Part shown: positions 51,219 through 61,331 of the stretch, piece by piece | How the letters are laid out: the number at the start of each line of letters is the position of its first letter | Position numbering within the stretch: position 1 is the first letter of the stretch | Assembly (NCBI GenBank): GCA_013202495.1 | Contig: JABMQQ010000174.1 | Location: 3,142 to 67,141 of the forward strand | Length of the DNA stretch: 64,000 nt | Direction: 5' to 3' | Source of the DNA: Fidelibacterota bacterium | Lineage (GTDB): Bacteria; Fidelibacterota; UBA8477; JABMPR01 | The notes under the pieces: model-generated | Told to the model about the DNA's origin: nothing | What the model saw: the letters and a program-made list of their open reading frames with translations, nothing else | Databases searched by the model: none | Translations under genes and position numbers: made by a program

Positions 51219-51446
51219 GCGACTTTGGTGCGACTTACATGCGACTTTTAAATCGACTCTATCCCTTACTGGGTAAGGCTTTAGGCGACTTATCGACTTT
51301 TCAGTCTCTTTGGGTTAAAAATAATAATATATACACCCCACTCCTGTCAGCTCCTAGTTGGTTTAAAAAGTCGAAAAGTCGGATGAACCCTTATATAGCT
51401 TCATTTAGAGGCTTTTAAAAGTCGCACCTAACCCGCATGAAAGTCG
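51219..51446. repeat. Iteron array / putative replication origin
   Basis: Six CGACT(T) copies (51219-51299) facing four AAGTCG copies (51368-51446) around an AT-rich spacer. Confidence 0.75.
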
Positions 51447-51478
51447 GGTTTCAAATAAATAAGTGAGGAGGAATCACA

Positions 51479-51700
51479 ATGAAATATTTTACACCAAAAC
51501 ACACGGTAGGCTCTCCCTACCAGGACTCACCGGGACCAATTCCTGGCGATAAAGAGAAACTGATTAAACAACTCGAAGACTATAAGAAAATGAAAAAAGA
51601 CAAACTGGGGAGGATATTCTCTCCTTTAACCAGACCTCAAGAGCAGGCTCTGGCAGAATTAACCAAAAATAATAATCATGTATATAGTACAAAATTGTAG
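51479..51700 (+). CDS. Small hypothetical protein
   Basis: GAGGAGG RBS. Confidence 0.6.
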   Translation: MKYFTPKHTVGSPYQDSPGPIPGDKEKLIKQLEDYKKMKKDKLGRIFSPLTRPQEQALAELTKNNNHVYSTKL

Positions 51701-51902
51701 CCCAGGACAAATTATAAATCTGGACCACGTAGCCAGTATAAACTGGGACAAAGGATTATCAGTAGAATTTATAATGGTCAACGGCCAAACACTTACCTGG
51801 CAATACGGTAATGTAGACTACCAGATGGAAGATCTGGAAGCAGTCACCAGACTGCTGTATGATACTGATATTCTTGTTTCAGTTGAGCTGGACCAGGAAT
51901 AG
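51678..51902 (+). CDS. Small hypothetical protein
   Basis: Overlaps upstream ORF; IINLDHVASI phage-like motif. Confidence 0.55.
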   Translation: MYIVQNCSPGQIINLDHVASINWDKGLSVEFIMVNGQTLTWQYGNVDYQMEDLEAVTRLLYDTDILVSVELDQE

Positions 51903-51905
51903 ATC

Positions 51906-52115
51906 ATGGTACTAGTAAGATACCAATGCTGCATATGTGGCGAAAATATTGACAAGGATTCACAGTTTGATCCTTGTGGTGTGTCCATCTTTTCAAACCT
52001 CGATAAGGACGAAAATGATCAGCTCGAAGCTATGTTCTTCTGTCATTACGACTGCTTTCGTGGTTCGATGGATTTAGGCGTCCGTATGCACTTGAATCTT
52101 GAAGATCAAGAGTAG
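51906..52115 (+). CDS. Small Cys-rich hypothetical protein
   Basis: CCIC...CHYDC. Confidence 0.6.
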   Translation: MVLVRYQCCICGENIDKDSQFDPCGVSIFSNLDKDENDQLEAMFFCHYDCFRGSMDLGVRMHLNLEDQE

Positions 52116-52121
52116 TCATCT

Positions 52122-52149
52122 GGGGCGGATTTAACGGTCCGCCCTTTTT
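52122..52149 (+). terminator. Rho-independent terminator
   Basis: GGGCGGA...TCCGCCC-TTTTT. Confidence 0.7.
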
Positions 52150-52399
52150 GCAAAGTAGACAAGTAAAAACAAAGCCGTAGTGAACTATTGCTGTAAACCA
52201 CCGCGACTTACTAGAGTTCACTGGTGTCCACCATTTTTTTGTAAAATTTGCATTAATGAGATTGATAGTGAACTATTAAACAATAGTTGGTGCTGTGTAG
52301 GGGATTAATGTGATTTAGAACAGAGACAAGCGTTGGTTTCTGCTATAATGCTTCTTGATATGAGAATATGTTAAGATACCTTACAATTGGAAAACCTCA

Positions 52400-53635
52400 T
52401 TGGGGCATAGAAGAGCAAGTAGAAACGGTTTCTTAAAGGAGTGGAGTATGACTATTAAGTTTACCCGTATCTGGTATAAAAGAACTTCTACAAATTGTAG
52501 TAAGTTTCTTTTCGCTCTTACCTTTTTCTTACATTCCATTGCTAACGCCACTCCAACTGAAACAGCTTTTGATTCAATCCCTGGAATGATTATAGAATTA
52601 CAGAATAAGTACCCGTATAAGGTCACTGCAATTTCTGAAGAAAGTGGCGATTTGGTCCTATTGCAGAAATATAATGATACTCAGGATATTATTACATATT
52701 TCGATTCAGATGGCGTAGAAGAATGGCAGAAGATTGTTAAATATGTAAAAGAACCTCGAATCGATATTGCAAAAGATGGATCATATTTCATGTTAAAGTC
52801 ACCTGGTAAATATATAGTATTTGATTCAACGGGCACTGAGATCCATACTTTTAACAAGTATTGGGCTGGTTATCAGCTATCTCCGACTGGAGATTTTGTT
52901 ATTGAACATGTTACAGAAAAAATGGACCAACTACAATACTACACGCGTGAGGGCGTTCTTATTGTACCTGATGTACCTACATCCATAAAGGACAGGCGAT
53001 CAGTTTACACGTTTACAGCTACTGGCAATATTGTTGGATTTATACCACCAGGTCGCAAAACGCTGGGGGGTATCTACCTCTATAATCCACATCGCAACAA
53101 TTTCCTATGGTACTTGGAGACTCTAATTCCAGATGGTCTCTACCATGGATTCCCCAATCAAAATGTTTCTGTTGGTAGTCATAATATTGCGATGTTAATC
53201 CAAAATAGAAAAAGCTCCCAAGTGTCGATACTGGATATAAATACTAAGGAAATCAAAATCATTCAACTATCCGCATTAAAGAAAAATGCTGGTATCAGAG
53301 AGCAACCAACCTTTAGTAAAATAATGTATGATGAGTGGTCAGAGTTACTCACACTTGCCTATAGGCAATCTTTAGTTATATATAATATCAGAAGTGAAGA
53401 AATGGTGGTGAACATAGAAGGACATGGATATATGACTTGGCGAAAACAGCATTATCTAAATGAAAACTTAGTTCTGTTCTCTAGCCCTTTGCCTCGGGAT
53501 AATCATCGTATAGAGTTAATAAATATCGATAAAAAAACATTCAGCATCTTTCAGGGAAATCATTTATCCAGCGCTGGTCAATTCTCAGCCATGTACTTAA
53601 AAAACAAAAATCAGATTAAGGTATACAGCCGCTAA
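52400..53635 (+). CDS. Exported beta-propeller-like protein
   Basis: Signal-like segment after M at 52448; FDSDGVEEWQ-type repeats. Confidence 0.65.
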   Translation: MGHRRASRNGFLKEWSMTIKFTRIWYKRTSTNCSKFLFALTFFLHSIANATPTETAFDSIPGMIIELQNKYPYKVTAISEESGDLVLLQKYNDTQDIITYFDSDGVEEWQKIVKYVKEPRIDIAKDGSYFMLKSPGKYIVFDSTGTEIHTFNKYWAGYQLSPTGDFVIEHVTEKMDQLQYYTREGVLIVPDVPTSIKDRRSVYTFTATGNIVGFIPPGRKTLGGIYLYNPHRNNFLWYLETLIPDGLYHGFPNQNVSVGSHNIAMLIQNRKSSQVSILDINTKEIKIIQLSALKKNAGIREQPTFSKIMYDEWSELLTLAYRQSLVIYNIRSEEMVVNIEGHGYMTWRKQHYLNENLVLFSSPLPRDNHRIELINIDKKTFSIFQGNHLSSAGQFSAMYLKNKNQIKVYSR

Positions 53636-53644
53636 GAAACTTCT

Positions 53645-53998
53645 TTACCCTGACTCCACGAACTCCAGACCATTCATTAGATAAGCATCGCTTTCATCAA
53701 TCCAAACTTCAATAGTTCTACCCGTAGCACAAATTTCACATGCTGCACAGTGCCCCAGTGAATCTCTTAAGGCTTCTATCCTATTGACAGTGATTCCCTC
53801 AATTTCGAGGTAAGCTCTCACTATTTCACTCCAGGTTTCATCATCACTGGAGCTCCCCCATAAGTATTCCACACATTGCATCTCCCTAAATACATAGAGT
53901 ACTTCAGTGTCTTCTGTTTCATCTGTGTATTCAGTGTCTTCATTGAACAGATCACATCCAACCAACACGGTGATAAACAAAGCCAATAATAATTTCAT
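53645..53998 (-). CDS. Hypothetical lipoprotein
   Basis: MKLLLALFITVLVGC; CAACEIC. Confidence 0.7.
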   Translation of the reverse strand: MKLLLALFITVLVGCDLFNEDTEYTDETEDTEVLYVFREMQCVEYLWGSSSDDETWSEIVRAYLEIEGITVNRIEALRDSLGHCAACEICATGRTIEVWIDESDAYLMNGLEFVESG

Positions 53999-54264
53999 AA
54001 TGCCCCCATTAAATCGATCTTCCGGATTTACGATATGGGACCCTATCCCCGTCATATATAATGTATGTGGTACCCTGACCGACCACAAAGGTTCCTTTTC
54101 GTTTCTGGGACAGAATCGCTTTTGCTAAAATTTTTTATATTTTTTTTGAGGAAGTTACTATACCAAATTCAACATTTAGGGTGATTATTTGGACTGCATT
54201 ACAGGTGGCTTTACACGTCGCTCGTAAAATAGTGTAAATCTCTAGCTTAATTGTATATTTAAGC

Positions 54265-56193
54265 ATGGGGGCATCTCTCAAAGCAACAATCATAGCAGTC
54301 GTACTTACTCTGATAGTCCAGGTGGCTATCGCTGATGATCTCAAAGGAAAGATTAGTGGCTCTATCACAGATGGAGATACCGGCGAACCAATTATTGGGG
54401 CAAATGTGATTGCTACTGGAACTAATTTTGGCGCAGCAACAGATCTAGAAGGTGAATACTCTATTGTAAATCTTGATCCGGGTATTTATAGCCTCACTGT
54501 GAGTATGATTGGGTATGCCAGAACAGATATCCATGATGTAAAAGTACTCCCCGGTGTTGAGACCCCCGTTAACGCCGTGTTACCAGTTGAGATATTAAGA
54601 AGTGGTGGTGGTGATGTTGTTCAGGCTCATAGCATTTCATCACTTCCCTCTCATCTGCCATCCCGTGTTGATTCAGTGTATATGATTGCCGATACGGCAA
54701 ATAGAGGCAAATACACTGTTCCAATTTATGTGGTAAATGCTACTGAAACAGCCTGGAGAATACCTACCGTTGATTGGACTGCCTGGATTACACCTGTTGT
54801 GAGTAAAGGAGGAGAGACCTTTGAGTACATCGCAAATAGGAGTGCTTTCTGTGGAAATTCTGCATTTGGGAGTACAATTCCTAAGAATAGCTATGAGATA
54901 TACAAGCAACCGTACAGAAGTCAGACATCTGTTACCGATTCAATTCATTATACCGTTCGGCTAACCGAGCCTATCAGAAATCACCAAGAAGGTAAGTTTC
55001 TCCATATTACATCATCCCAATATCCTGGAACGATTTCTGATCATGATATAAACGATACATGGTGGGGCAGAGATCATATAGCTAGTCTAACTCAGCAGGA
55101 GTTGTGGGATCTGCTTCATGATAGAGTCAGCATACCATCGAAATACGAACTTAAAGCAAAATTAGGTGCTATTAGACGAATAAGTCTTTACCGCGATCTG
55201 CGTTGGTTACGGGGTTTTGATAAGTTGAAGTATAGGTATTACATTTATAGATACGGTGATCAACTAGCAAGGAAACTGTATCTACGTGCCGTTGAAGCAA
55301 AAATCAAATTGTACTATATGAAGCGGATTGAAAAGGAACTTGACCTGAAGAATTTCCCCTTAAAAGATCAGCATGCTTATGACTACCAAATGGTCAGGTT
55401 AATGAAAGATCAACTTATAAATGAGAACCGTCAGGCTAGTAGCTATAATCAACAAGCAGAGCTACTTCGTGCTCAAGGCTTGACAAGTAAAAACGAATAT
55501 TTGCGAGCTTCTGCTGTTGGAGCGATTCTTCAACCTTCTGATGAATATGACCGATATGAGCTACTATATGATTTACTAAAATCTGATTCCTCCATCCATG
55601 TCAAAACCCAGGCCTTGAAGACAATAGCAAACAGGCAAGTAGTTCCAACAGGTGATACATTAAGAAACCTGCTGGCCGAGGTTGCCACTTTCAATAATCC
55701 AGAGCTGCGAGCCGCTGGCTATTACCTTCTTCCACAGAAAAGTGATAGTGTTATGCAAAGGTTTGTGGAATCTTATGTGATTAAGCAGATCGAGGTAGAA
55801 ATAGAAAGGAATATCCCTCTACTAATATTCAACCTTTCCACTCTAGATTCTCTCAGCGAAAAATCTATTCAGCTTCTAAACGATTATGCTACTGTAAGAG
55901 ATGTTAATACGCGTAGGTATGTTGCGAACACGGTAGTGAAGCACCTAGAAAAGCTCTTTGATAGGGATTTGGAACAACACTCATCATCCGGAAACTTAAT
56001 AATTATTCTGGGAAGATTGAGTTTAGATGATGAATTAAGGGTCCAACAAGGTGCTCTTCGTGTTCATCGTTTTGGATTACATGATGATAGGATCATGAAC
56101 ATCCTTTTAATGGCTCAGGATGATATGAAGTCTGATTTTCCCGATAACATCTCCAAAAAAATTCAAAAGTTTAAAATCAGGTATTCTAAGTAG
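54265..56193 (+). CDS. Carboxypeptidase-regulatory-like domain + HEAT-like repeat protein
   Basis: GKISGSITDGDTGEPIIGANV...GAATDLEGEY...SMIGY; helical C-terminus. Confidence 0.7.
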   Translation: MGASLKATIIAVVLTLIVQVAIADDLKGKISGSITDGDTGEPIIGANVIATGTNFGAATDLEGEYSIVNLDPGIYSLTVSMIGYARTDIHDVKVLPGVETPVNAVLPVEILRSGGGDVVQAHSISSLPSHLPSRVDSVYMIADTANRGKYTVPIYVVNATETAWRIPTVDWTAWITPVVSKGGETFEYIANRSAFCGNSAFGSTIPKNSYEIYKQPYRSQTSVTDSIHYTVRLTEPIRNHQEGKFLHITSSQYPGTISDHDINDTWWGRDHIASLTQQELWDLLHDRVSIPSKYELKAKLGAIRRISLYRDLRWLRGFDKLKYRYYIYRYGDQLARKLYLRAVEAKIKLYYMKRIEKELDLKNFPLKDQHAYDYQMVRLMKDQLINENRQASSYNQQAELLRAQGLTSKNEYLRASAVGAILQPSDEYDRYELLYDLLKSDSSIHVKTQALKTIANRQVVPTGDTLRNLLAEVATFNNPELRAAGYYLLPQKSDSVMQRFVESYVIKQIEVEIERNIPLLIFNLSTLDSLSEKSIQLLNDYATVRDVNTRRYVANTVVKHLEKLFDRDLEQHSSSGNLIIILGRLSLDDELRVQQGALRVHRFGLHDDRIMNILLMAQDDMKSDFPDNISKKIQKFKIRYSK

Positions 56194-56253
56194 GGTTAAA
56201 AAGAGAATGCATAAGCACTCTCTTCTTTACGGGTCCATCTGTTGTTTCGCGAA

Positions 56254-56967
56254 CTAATTGCGATCTCCATCATCATCAAAATCACTCGGAGTGATCCGAT
56301 CAGTCAGTGCTTCCAATTCAGTTCTAGCAGTTTTGGCAATGATCAGTATCTCTTTTGTGGCGATACCCGACATCCCAAGCCTTACTTCTGCCCACCGGTA
56401 ACCATTCTTCTTAACATCTTCAAGTTCAAAGGTGGTGTTCACAGCCACAGCTGGTAGGTTTGATCGTTGTAACTTCTTCTTGTGACCATTCCAGTGCTTA
56501 ATACTGGTCGGTGATAGATTCATGATGAGAGGTTTAATCTCACCATTCAACTCAGCCAGAATGAGCAAACGGACCTTCGGTTTACAGGCTCCACCGATTA
56601 CTGCATGTTCACAATGGTTACATGATTCTGATATAGGATCACTTCCAACCGGCCTACCATCGATCCCTGAACAAGCAGGAACTTCCTCACCTTCTTTCCA
56701 GAAAGCCCTGATAGATTGCTCTGCGAATACTACTGCAGTGAGCTTGTTACCTGGTATCTCAATTTCCTGAGAATCATCACTTAAGTAACTTTCTCCGGTA
56801 TGGATATACATACGGTGCTTCCCGTTGTCTTTGTGCTCTACTCGTACACGCGGGAGTTCAAAGCCCGAGGTTTCAGTATGCAGATCATCAAGCTCTTCGC
56901 TTAAATCCCAGCCAGCTTCACTTAAAGCCTGTTTAACGGCATCGGTTTCTATTAATTGATTTTCCAT
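56254..56967 (-). CDS. Phage-type putative ssDNA-binding/recombination accessory protein
   Basis: CSGIDG...CNHC...GACK...LSPTS; acidic C-terminus; operonic with a nuclease gene. Confidence 0.5.
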   Translation of the reverse strand: MENQLIETDAVKQALSEAGWDLSEELDDLHTETSGFELPRVRVEHKDNGKHRMYIHTGESYLSDDSQEIEIPGNKLTAVVFAEQSIRAFWKEGEEVPACSGIDGRPVGSDPISESCNHCEHAVIGGACKPKVRLLILAELNGEIKPLIMNLSPTSIKHWNGHKKKLQRSNLPAVAVNTTFELEDVKKNGYRWAEVRLGMSGIATKEILIIAKTARTELEALTDRITPSDFDDDGDRN

Positions 56968-56982
56968 TCTATTCCTTTCTGG

Positions 56983-57897
56983 CTATTCAGCCATTTCTAA
57001 TTCATTAAGAAGTTCATGAGCTTGCTCAGCATCCTTTTCAGGCACTTTATCATTCCGACTTACACAGTGCATAGCATAGGTACAAAACGAACAACTCGCT
57101 GTATTTGGGTAGTACCAGGGCTTTACCATTGCTGATAGCTGTGCCCTAATCTCATGTCTGAAAGCACGCAAGTCTTGGAGACTCTTAGATGTCATTATGA
57201 AAGGGTCACCCTTCTCATCACCGATCTCTTTGCCAGGAACTTTCCGCTTGTAGACTTCGTGCGCTCGAAGGAAGTATATACCTGCTCGTGAAACCAGTAG
57301 ATTAGGTCTAATCCACATATTATCAACAAGCAGCTCTCCGAACTTTAATGCGTATGAGTACAGCGTAAGCTGCAGATCATTGGGGATAGCATACTGATTG
57401 GGTCTCATCTTACTTGACTTGAAATCTATCAGAGAAATCGTCCCATCAACATTCTTACGCACCTGATCTATGGTCCCTGTAAACAAGTATCCAAGGATTT
57501 TCACTCTAAATTGAACTTCTGAGAACAACACGACAGCATCTTTGTTGTATTCCTTGCTGCGATAGTTCTCAAGAATCTCAACACCGTTAGCCTTTAGAGC
57601 TTCAATTTCCTTCGCCATATCACGCTTCCAACGAACAGGAATATGTTCCTCATCTGAGGCGTACAGATAGTAATTAAGCGCCTTAGTATAGAGAGCTCGG
57701 AGGTCTCCCTTCCATTCGCCGGAGTGAAGCCAGCTTAACACCAGATGCAAGGCACTTCCATGAACTGTGCCTGGATATCTGAAAGCTGGTTCCAACTTAT
57801 CAATGTGCCTATATTTGTACATGAGCGGGCAGCTAAGCCAGGTCTTCAAAGTGCTCTGACGAAGTTCGATGGTATTCAGAATCTCTTGCTTGGTCAT
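56983..57897 (-). CDS. PD-(D/E)XK (RecB/Cas4-like) exonuclease
   Basis: CP..Y; GSALH; E...GTID...IDFKS; QLTLY; CSFCTY...C. Confidence 0.88.
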   Translation of the reverse strand: MTKQEILNTIELRQSTLKTWLSCPLMYKYRHIDKLEPAFRYPGTVHGSALHLVLSWLHSGEWKGDLRALYTKALNYYLYASDEEHIPVRWKRDMAKEIEALKANGVEILENYRSKEYNKDAVVLFSEVQFRVKILGYLFTGTIDQVRKNVDGTISLIDFKSSKMRPNQYAIPNDLQLTLYSYALKFGELLVDNMWIRPNLLVSRAGIYFLRAHEVYKRKVPGKEIGDEKGDPFIMTSKSLQDLRAFRHEIRAQLSAMVKPWYYPNTASCSFCTYAMHCVSRNDKVPEKDAEQAHELLNELEMAE

Positions 57898-57998
57898 GAT
57901 TCATCCTTTTTTCGCCCTTCAAAGAGCTTTGACAGTATCGCATACAGTATGTATAACGAGTTTTCGATTAGTGTTTTGATACGCTCAAAGTTTCTCAT
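57894..57998 (-). CDS. Small ORF (34 aa; not in ORF track)
   Basis: AGGAG RBS; ATGA overlap with the nuclease start. Confidence 0.45.
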   Translation of the reverse strand: MRNFERIKTLIENSLYILYAILSKLFEGRKKDES

Positions 57999-58012
57999 AT
58001 TGTTTCTCCTTT

Positions 58013-58726
58013 CTAATTTTGCATGAGACAATCATGAAGAGCCAGGTGACGTTCCATGATGGATTGTGGTGGTGCAGTCTTTAGACTTTCTGTGCAAGCA
58101 TTGTAGAAAGACCACAAATTGCGGTCTTCAAAAGCATCGTGAGTAGGTTTTAACCACTCCTTTTTCACAACAGGGATCTGTCTTGGAGTAATAATCCCAC
58201 GACCATAGATCAACCCTAGCATCCGATAAGCTTCATCATCAGACATTGGGATCTGTTGCATGATACTTACATCTTGTTTGATCTGATTAAAGTTGGCTCT
58301 TGATTTGAAAATTGCAGATAGTGCAAGGGTTTCAATATCTGATACCACCTTTGATGTGTGTTTTCGTAAGATTTTTAGATCCCCACTTAGCATCAAATTA
58401 TCACAAACGAAGACACTCGATCCCGTTACTATCCCAATCGACATACTACGATCATAGCTGTTTCTGAATCCGATTGATAATCCTAAATCAGCATGTCCAT
58501 TTTTAAAGGTATGCAAACCGAACATCTTTTGCCCATCTCTGGCTAGTCCAAGCTGTGTATTTACGAGTTCATTTTCTGGTAGCATATCTGACGCCATGGA
58601 ACTTAGCATGTTAGCGAGATCTGCATGTGCTACCGGTTTGTACGTTCTTGTTTCTTTTGGAAGTGGAATTGAAGCTAACTCATCCAGAGTAGCTGATTCC
58701 GCTCCGCAATGGAGTAGTAAACCCAT
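58013..58726 (-). CDS. DUF932-like protein
   Basis: IGFRNSYDRS...VFVCDNL...RKHT...NLWSFYNACTE. Confidence 0.75.
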   Translation of the reverse strand: MGLLLHCGAESATLDELASIPLPKETRTYKPVAHADLANMLSSMASDMLPENELVNTQLGLARDGQKMFGLHTFKNGHADLGLSIGFRNSYDRSMSIGIVTGSSVFVCDNLMLSGDLKILRKHTSKVVSDIETLALSAIFKSRANFNQIKQDVSIMQQIPMSDDEAYRMLGLIYGRGIITPRQIPVVKKEWLKPTHDAFEDRNLWSFYNACTESLKTAPPQSIMERHLALHDCLMQN

Positions 58727-58780
58727 ATTTCACCTCATTTTTTGATTGTTGATTAAGGGGCAGGAAGCCTGCCTCTAGTC

Positions 58781-58810
58781 TTCTTATTCCACAAAAATCG
58801 GGAATAAGAA
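58781..58810. promoter_or_regulatory. Palindromic operator-like site between divergent operons
   Basis: TTCTTATTCC-N10-GGAATAAGAA. Confidence 0.6.
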
Positions 58811-58832
58811 CCATAGAAAGGAGATCCTAACT

Positions 58833-59288
58833 ATGGAATCAAAACTGAGTGACATTCCTGATAACATCATCAGGGAGGAGTTTGTAAATAGGTTTCAACT
58901 AAAGAGCGGAGACTTGATTAAGAACGCTACTTCAGCAGCGAATCACTTAAGAGCCTTCCTCTCTGATCAGCCAAGAGACGTGGAACACTTTGTAGTGATA
59001 TTTATGAATAATCAGAATAAGGTGATCACTACGGAGATTGTGGCTTCAGGTACGATTAATAGTTCTGCAGTATACCCGAGACAGATTGCAATTAAGGCAT
59101 TGGAAAAGGAAGCCACTAATATCATCCTGGCTCATAATCATCCAAGTGGTGAGACCATGCCAAGCAGTTCTGACAGAGCAGTTACAAGTAAATTAAAAAC
59201 GGCTTTAGGCTCGCTTGATATCGAAATCCTGGACCACATCATTATAGGTGAAGATCATTATAGCTTTGCAGATGCAGGTGTCTTATGA
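58833..59288 (+). CDS. radC: RadC-like JAB-domain protein
   Basis: EHF...GTINSSAVYPR...AHNHPSG...PSSSD...LDHIIIG. Confidence 0.92.
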   Translation: MESKLSDIPDNIIREEFVNRFQLKSGDLIKNATSAANHLRAFLSDQPRDVEHFVVIFMNNQNKVITTEIVASGTINSSAVYPRQIAIKALEKEATNIILAHNHPSGETMPSSSDRAVTSKLKTALGSLDIEILDHIIIGEDHYSFADAGVL

Positions 59289-59884
59289 ACAGCCAATGGA
59301 TCATGAGTTTTGAGAAGTTGATGACTGAAGGGCAAGTCAAAGGACTTCACGCTGTGTTGGAATCGGCTGCTATAGTAGCAAAATTAAAAGCGAGACAGGG
59401 ACCTGTACGTGATCAATGTATCATTGAGCTTGCTTTAGGAACTGGTCTAAGAGTGAGTGAGATTAGTCAATTGAAACTGGAAGACATCGATCTCAAGCGT
59501 GGAGGGAACTCTCTGATTGTACGACACGGGAAAGGTGATAAGCAGCGCCTTGTCAAGTTCAGCTCAAAGCTAAAGAACTTGATCCTAGAATACATCGAGT
59601 ATCGGACCAATGACTCAGAGTACATCTTTCCATCTGAGCGTCAGGACTTCATGAGTTCAAATGGGATACAGAAAGTGTTCAAAAAGTGGTCGAAGAAAGC
59701 TGGATTGCCCGCACGTTACAGTATTCATTCCTGTCGACACTATTATGCAACAGCACTCTTGAAAGTCTCAAAGAACTTGAGGCTGGTACAAATGCAATGT
59801 GGCCACTCATCACCTCAGACAACCACGGTATACGCTCAGGTCCTAGATTCTGAGATTGATGAAGCTGTTGAGAAACTAGTGTGA
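59285..59884 (+). CDS. Short tyrosine recombinase (catalytic domain only)
   Basis: TGLRVSE, HGKGDK, HSCRH, GHSS, TTTVY. Confidence 0.92.
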   Translation: MNSQWIMSFEKLMTEGQVKGLHAVLESAAIVAKLKARQGPVRDQCIIELALGTGLRVSEISQLKLEDIDLKRGGNSLIVRHGKGDKQRLVKFSSKLKNLILEYIEYRTNDSEYIFPSERQDFMSSNGIQKVFKKWSKKAGLPARYSIHSCRHYYATALLKVSKNLRLVQMQCGHSSPQTTTVYAQVLDSEIDEAVEKLV

Positions 59885-60022
59885 TTAACTGAAAGGGATC
59901 AAATCTGATCCTTTTCTTTAACTATACTCGAATTGGCTAGATTTCTATGTGGATTGGATAGATTACCATGCATATCTTGGAAGAACTGGATAGATAATCA
60001 AAGAAATGTGCCCAATTAGCTA

Positions 60023-61150
60023 ATGTTTGAGTCCAAATCATCATACAATAACCCTTTGGCAGATCGGATTGCTCATTCTGCCAACCTTCTAGAATCATTT
60101 GCCACCGAAATGATTCAAAAGAAGCAACCACGTCTCGTAAAAATTGGAAAAGGTCTGCTTCGCACCATATTCCCCATGATAAATTTTGTGGAAGAAATGG
60201 GCGATTTATTAAGACATAAAGGGATCCACACCGGCGGTAGTCCTGAAGAACAAGCTAGCCATTTGCTTCTAAGTTTGATTGAAGATGTCCATCAATTTTC
60301 AACAGAGTATCATTCAGAGCAGCTTAACACAAATGATAAGCTGCCAACTTTATATGAGGAACCAATTGATAGAGTGGATTTGATTAATGCTGTTGAACAA
60401 TCTGTAAAAGTGACTGATCTTTTGAATGATGTTATTAAAGACCCTAACTTGGCGGAAATTTTTAAAATAGTCGTTCCTGAAGATTTTGAATGTGAATCAA
60501 CAGAAGAACTTGAGAGGCTCAAAGCGTTTATTAGCTCATTTCAGACTAATATTAAAAAAAGAGTAAACGAAGATATTCCAGAGTTCATGTTTCAACTTAT
60601 GGGTGAATATTGGGAGATCAGATTTGGGGATAACATCATCCGCTTAAAGGATTCTAAAGGTTTAAAATACATCAACTCATTGCTCAAAAATCCACACCAG
60701 CCAATAAGAGCTGATAGCTTAACAGCACCTCACGTTGCTGCGAGCAAAGTACGCGATGGAAACTTTTCTAACGAGGTATCAGAGAAAGCCTCACCTGCCT
60801 ATACTTATACTCCTGACAAGACCTACACTGAAATGACAAATAAGATTCTCGAAATAGAGTATATACTTCAAGAGTTAATTCCGGGAGGTGATAAGTACTT
60901 GTTAGCTGAAAAACACCTAAAGGTGAAAAGAAAAGAGCGAAGTAGATACTTCAATCGCTCCGGTCAGGAAAGACCTCATGATTTGGGCGAACAAGCTCGT
61001 CAATCTGTTTCAACCGCAATTTCAAATGCCAAGAAGAAAATAAACAAGGGTCTCCCAGAGCTAAATATTCACCTTACTAATTTTCTCCATACTGGATTCG
61101 AATGCGTCTATGAACCACCACCAGATAATTTAAAAAGCTGGCACTTCTAA
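60023..61150 (+). CDS. Putative transcriptional regulator
   Basis: C-terminal WEIRF...LKDSKGLKYI..LL..P...ARQSVSTAI...HL...TG..C.Y resembles the tail domain of AAA-type regulators. Confidence 0.5.
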   Translation: MFESKSSYNNPLADRIAHSANLLESFATEMIQKKQPRLVKIGKGLLRTIFPMINFVEEMGDLLRHKGIHTGGSPEEQASHLLLSLIEDVHQFSTEYHSEQLNTNDKLPTLYEEPIDRVDLINAVEQSVKVTDLLNDVIKDPNLAEIFKIVVPEDFECESTEELERLKAFISSFQTNIKKRVNEDIPEFMFQLMGEYWEIRFGDNIIRLKDSKGLKYINSLLKNPHQPIRADSLTAPHVAASKVRDGNFSNEVSEKASPAYTYTPDKTYTEMTNKILEIEYILQELIPGGDKYLLAEKHLKVKRKERSRYFNRSGQERPHDLGEQARQSVSTAISNAKKKINKGLPELNIHLTNFLHTGFECVYEPPPDNLKSWHF

Positions 61151-61181
61151 GCCTTACTCAAGAAAACACTTCGACATCATA

Positions 61182-61208
61182 GCCCACCTTTCCCAGGTGG
61201 GTTTTTTT
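61182..61208 (+). terminator. Rho-independent terminator
   Basis: GCCCACCT-TTCCC-AGGTGGGT-TTTTTT. Confidence 0.8.
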
Positions 61209-61331
61209 ATTTCAAAATTGCGACACAAAAAATCACACGCGTGATGGGGTTCCTCACGCCTGCGCTGTGTTCGTCCGAAAGCAAGATGACTTCTCGAGAC
61301 GAGCGCAAACCAAAAGCGCAGGAGAGATCTC

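Noticed and set aside
51164-51418. 84-aa ORF after the primase
   Set aside because: Overlaps the iteron array; probably spurious
56983-57897. cas4 / CRISPR system
   Set aside because: No array or other cas genes; the context is a phage-type recombination operon
59285-59884. Integron integrase intI
   Set aside because: Only 199 aa, lacks the IntI-specific insertion, and lies more than 40 kb from the attC sites
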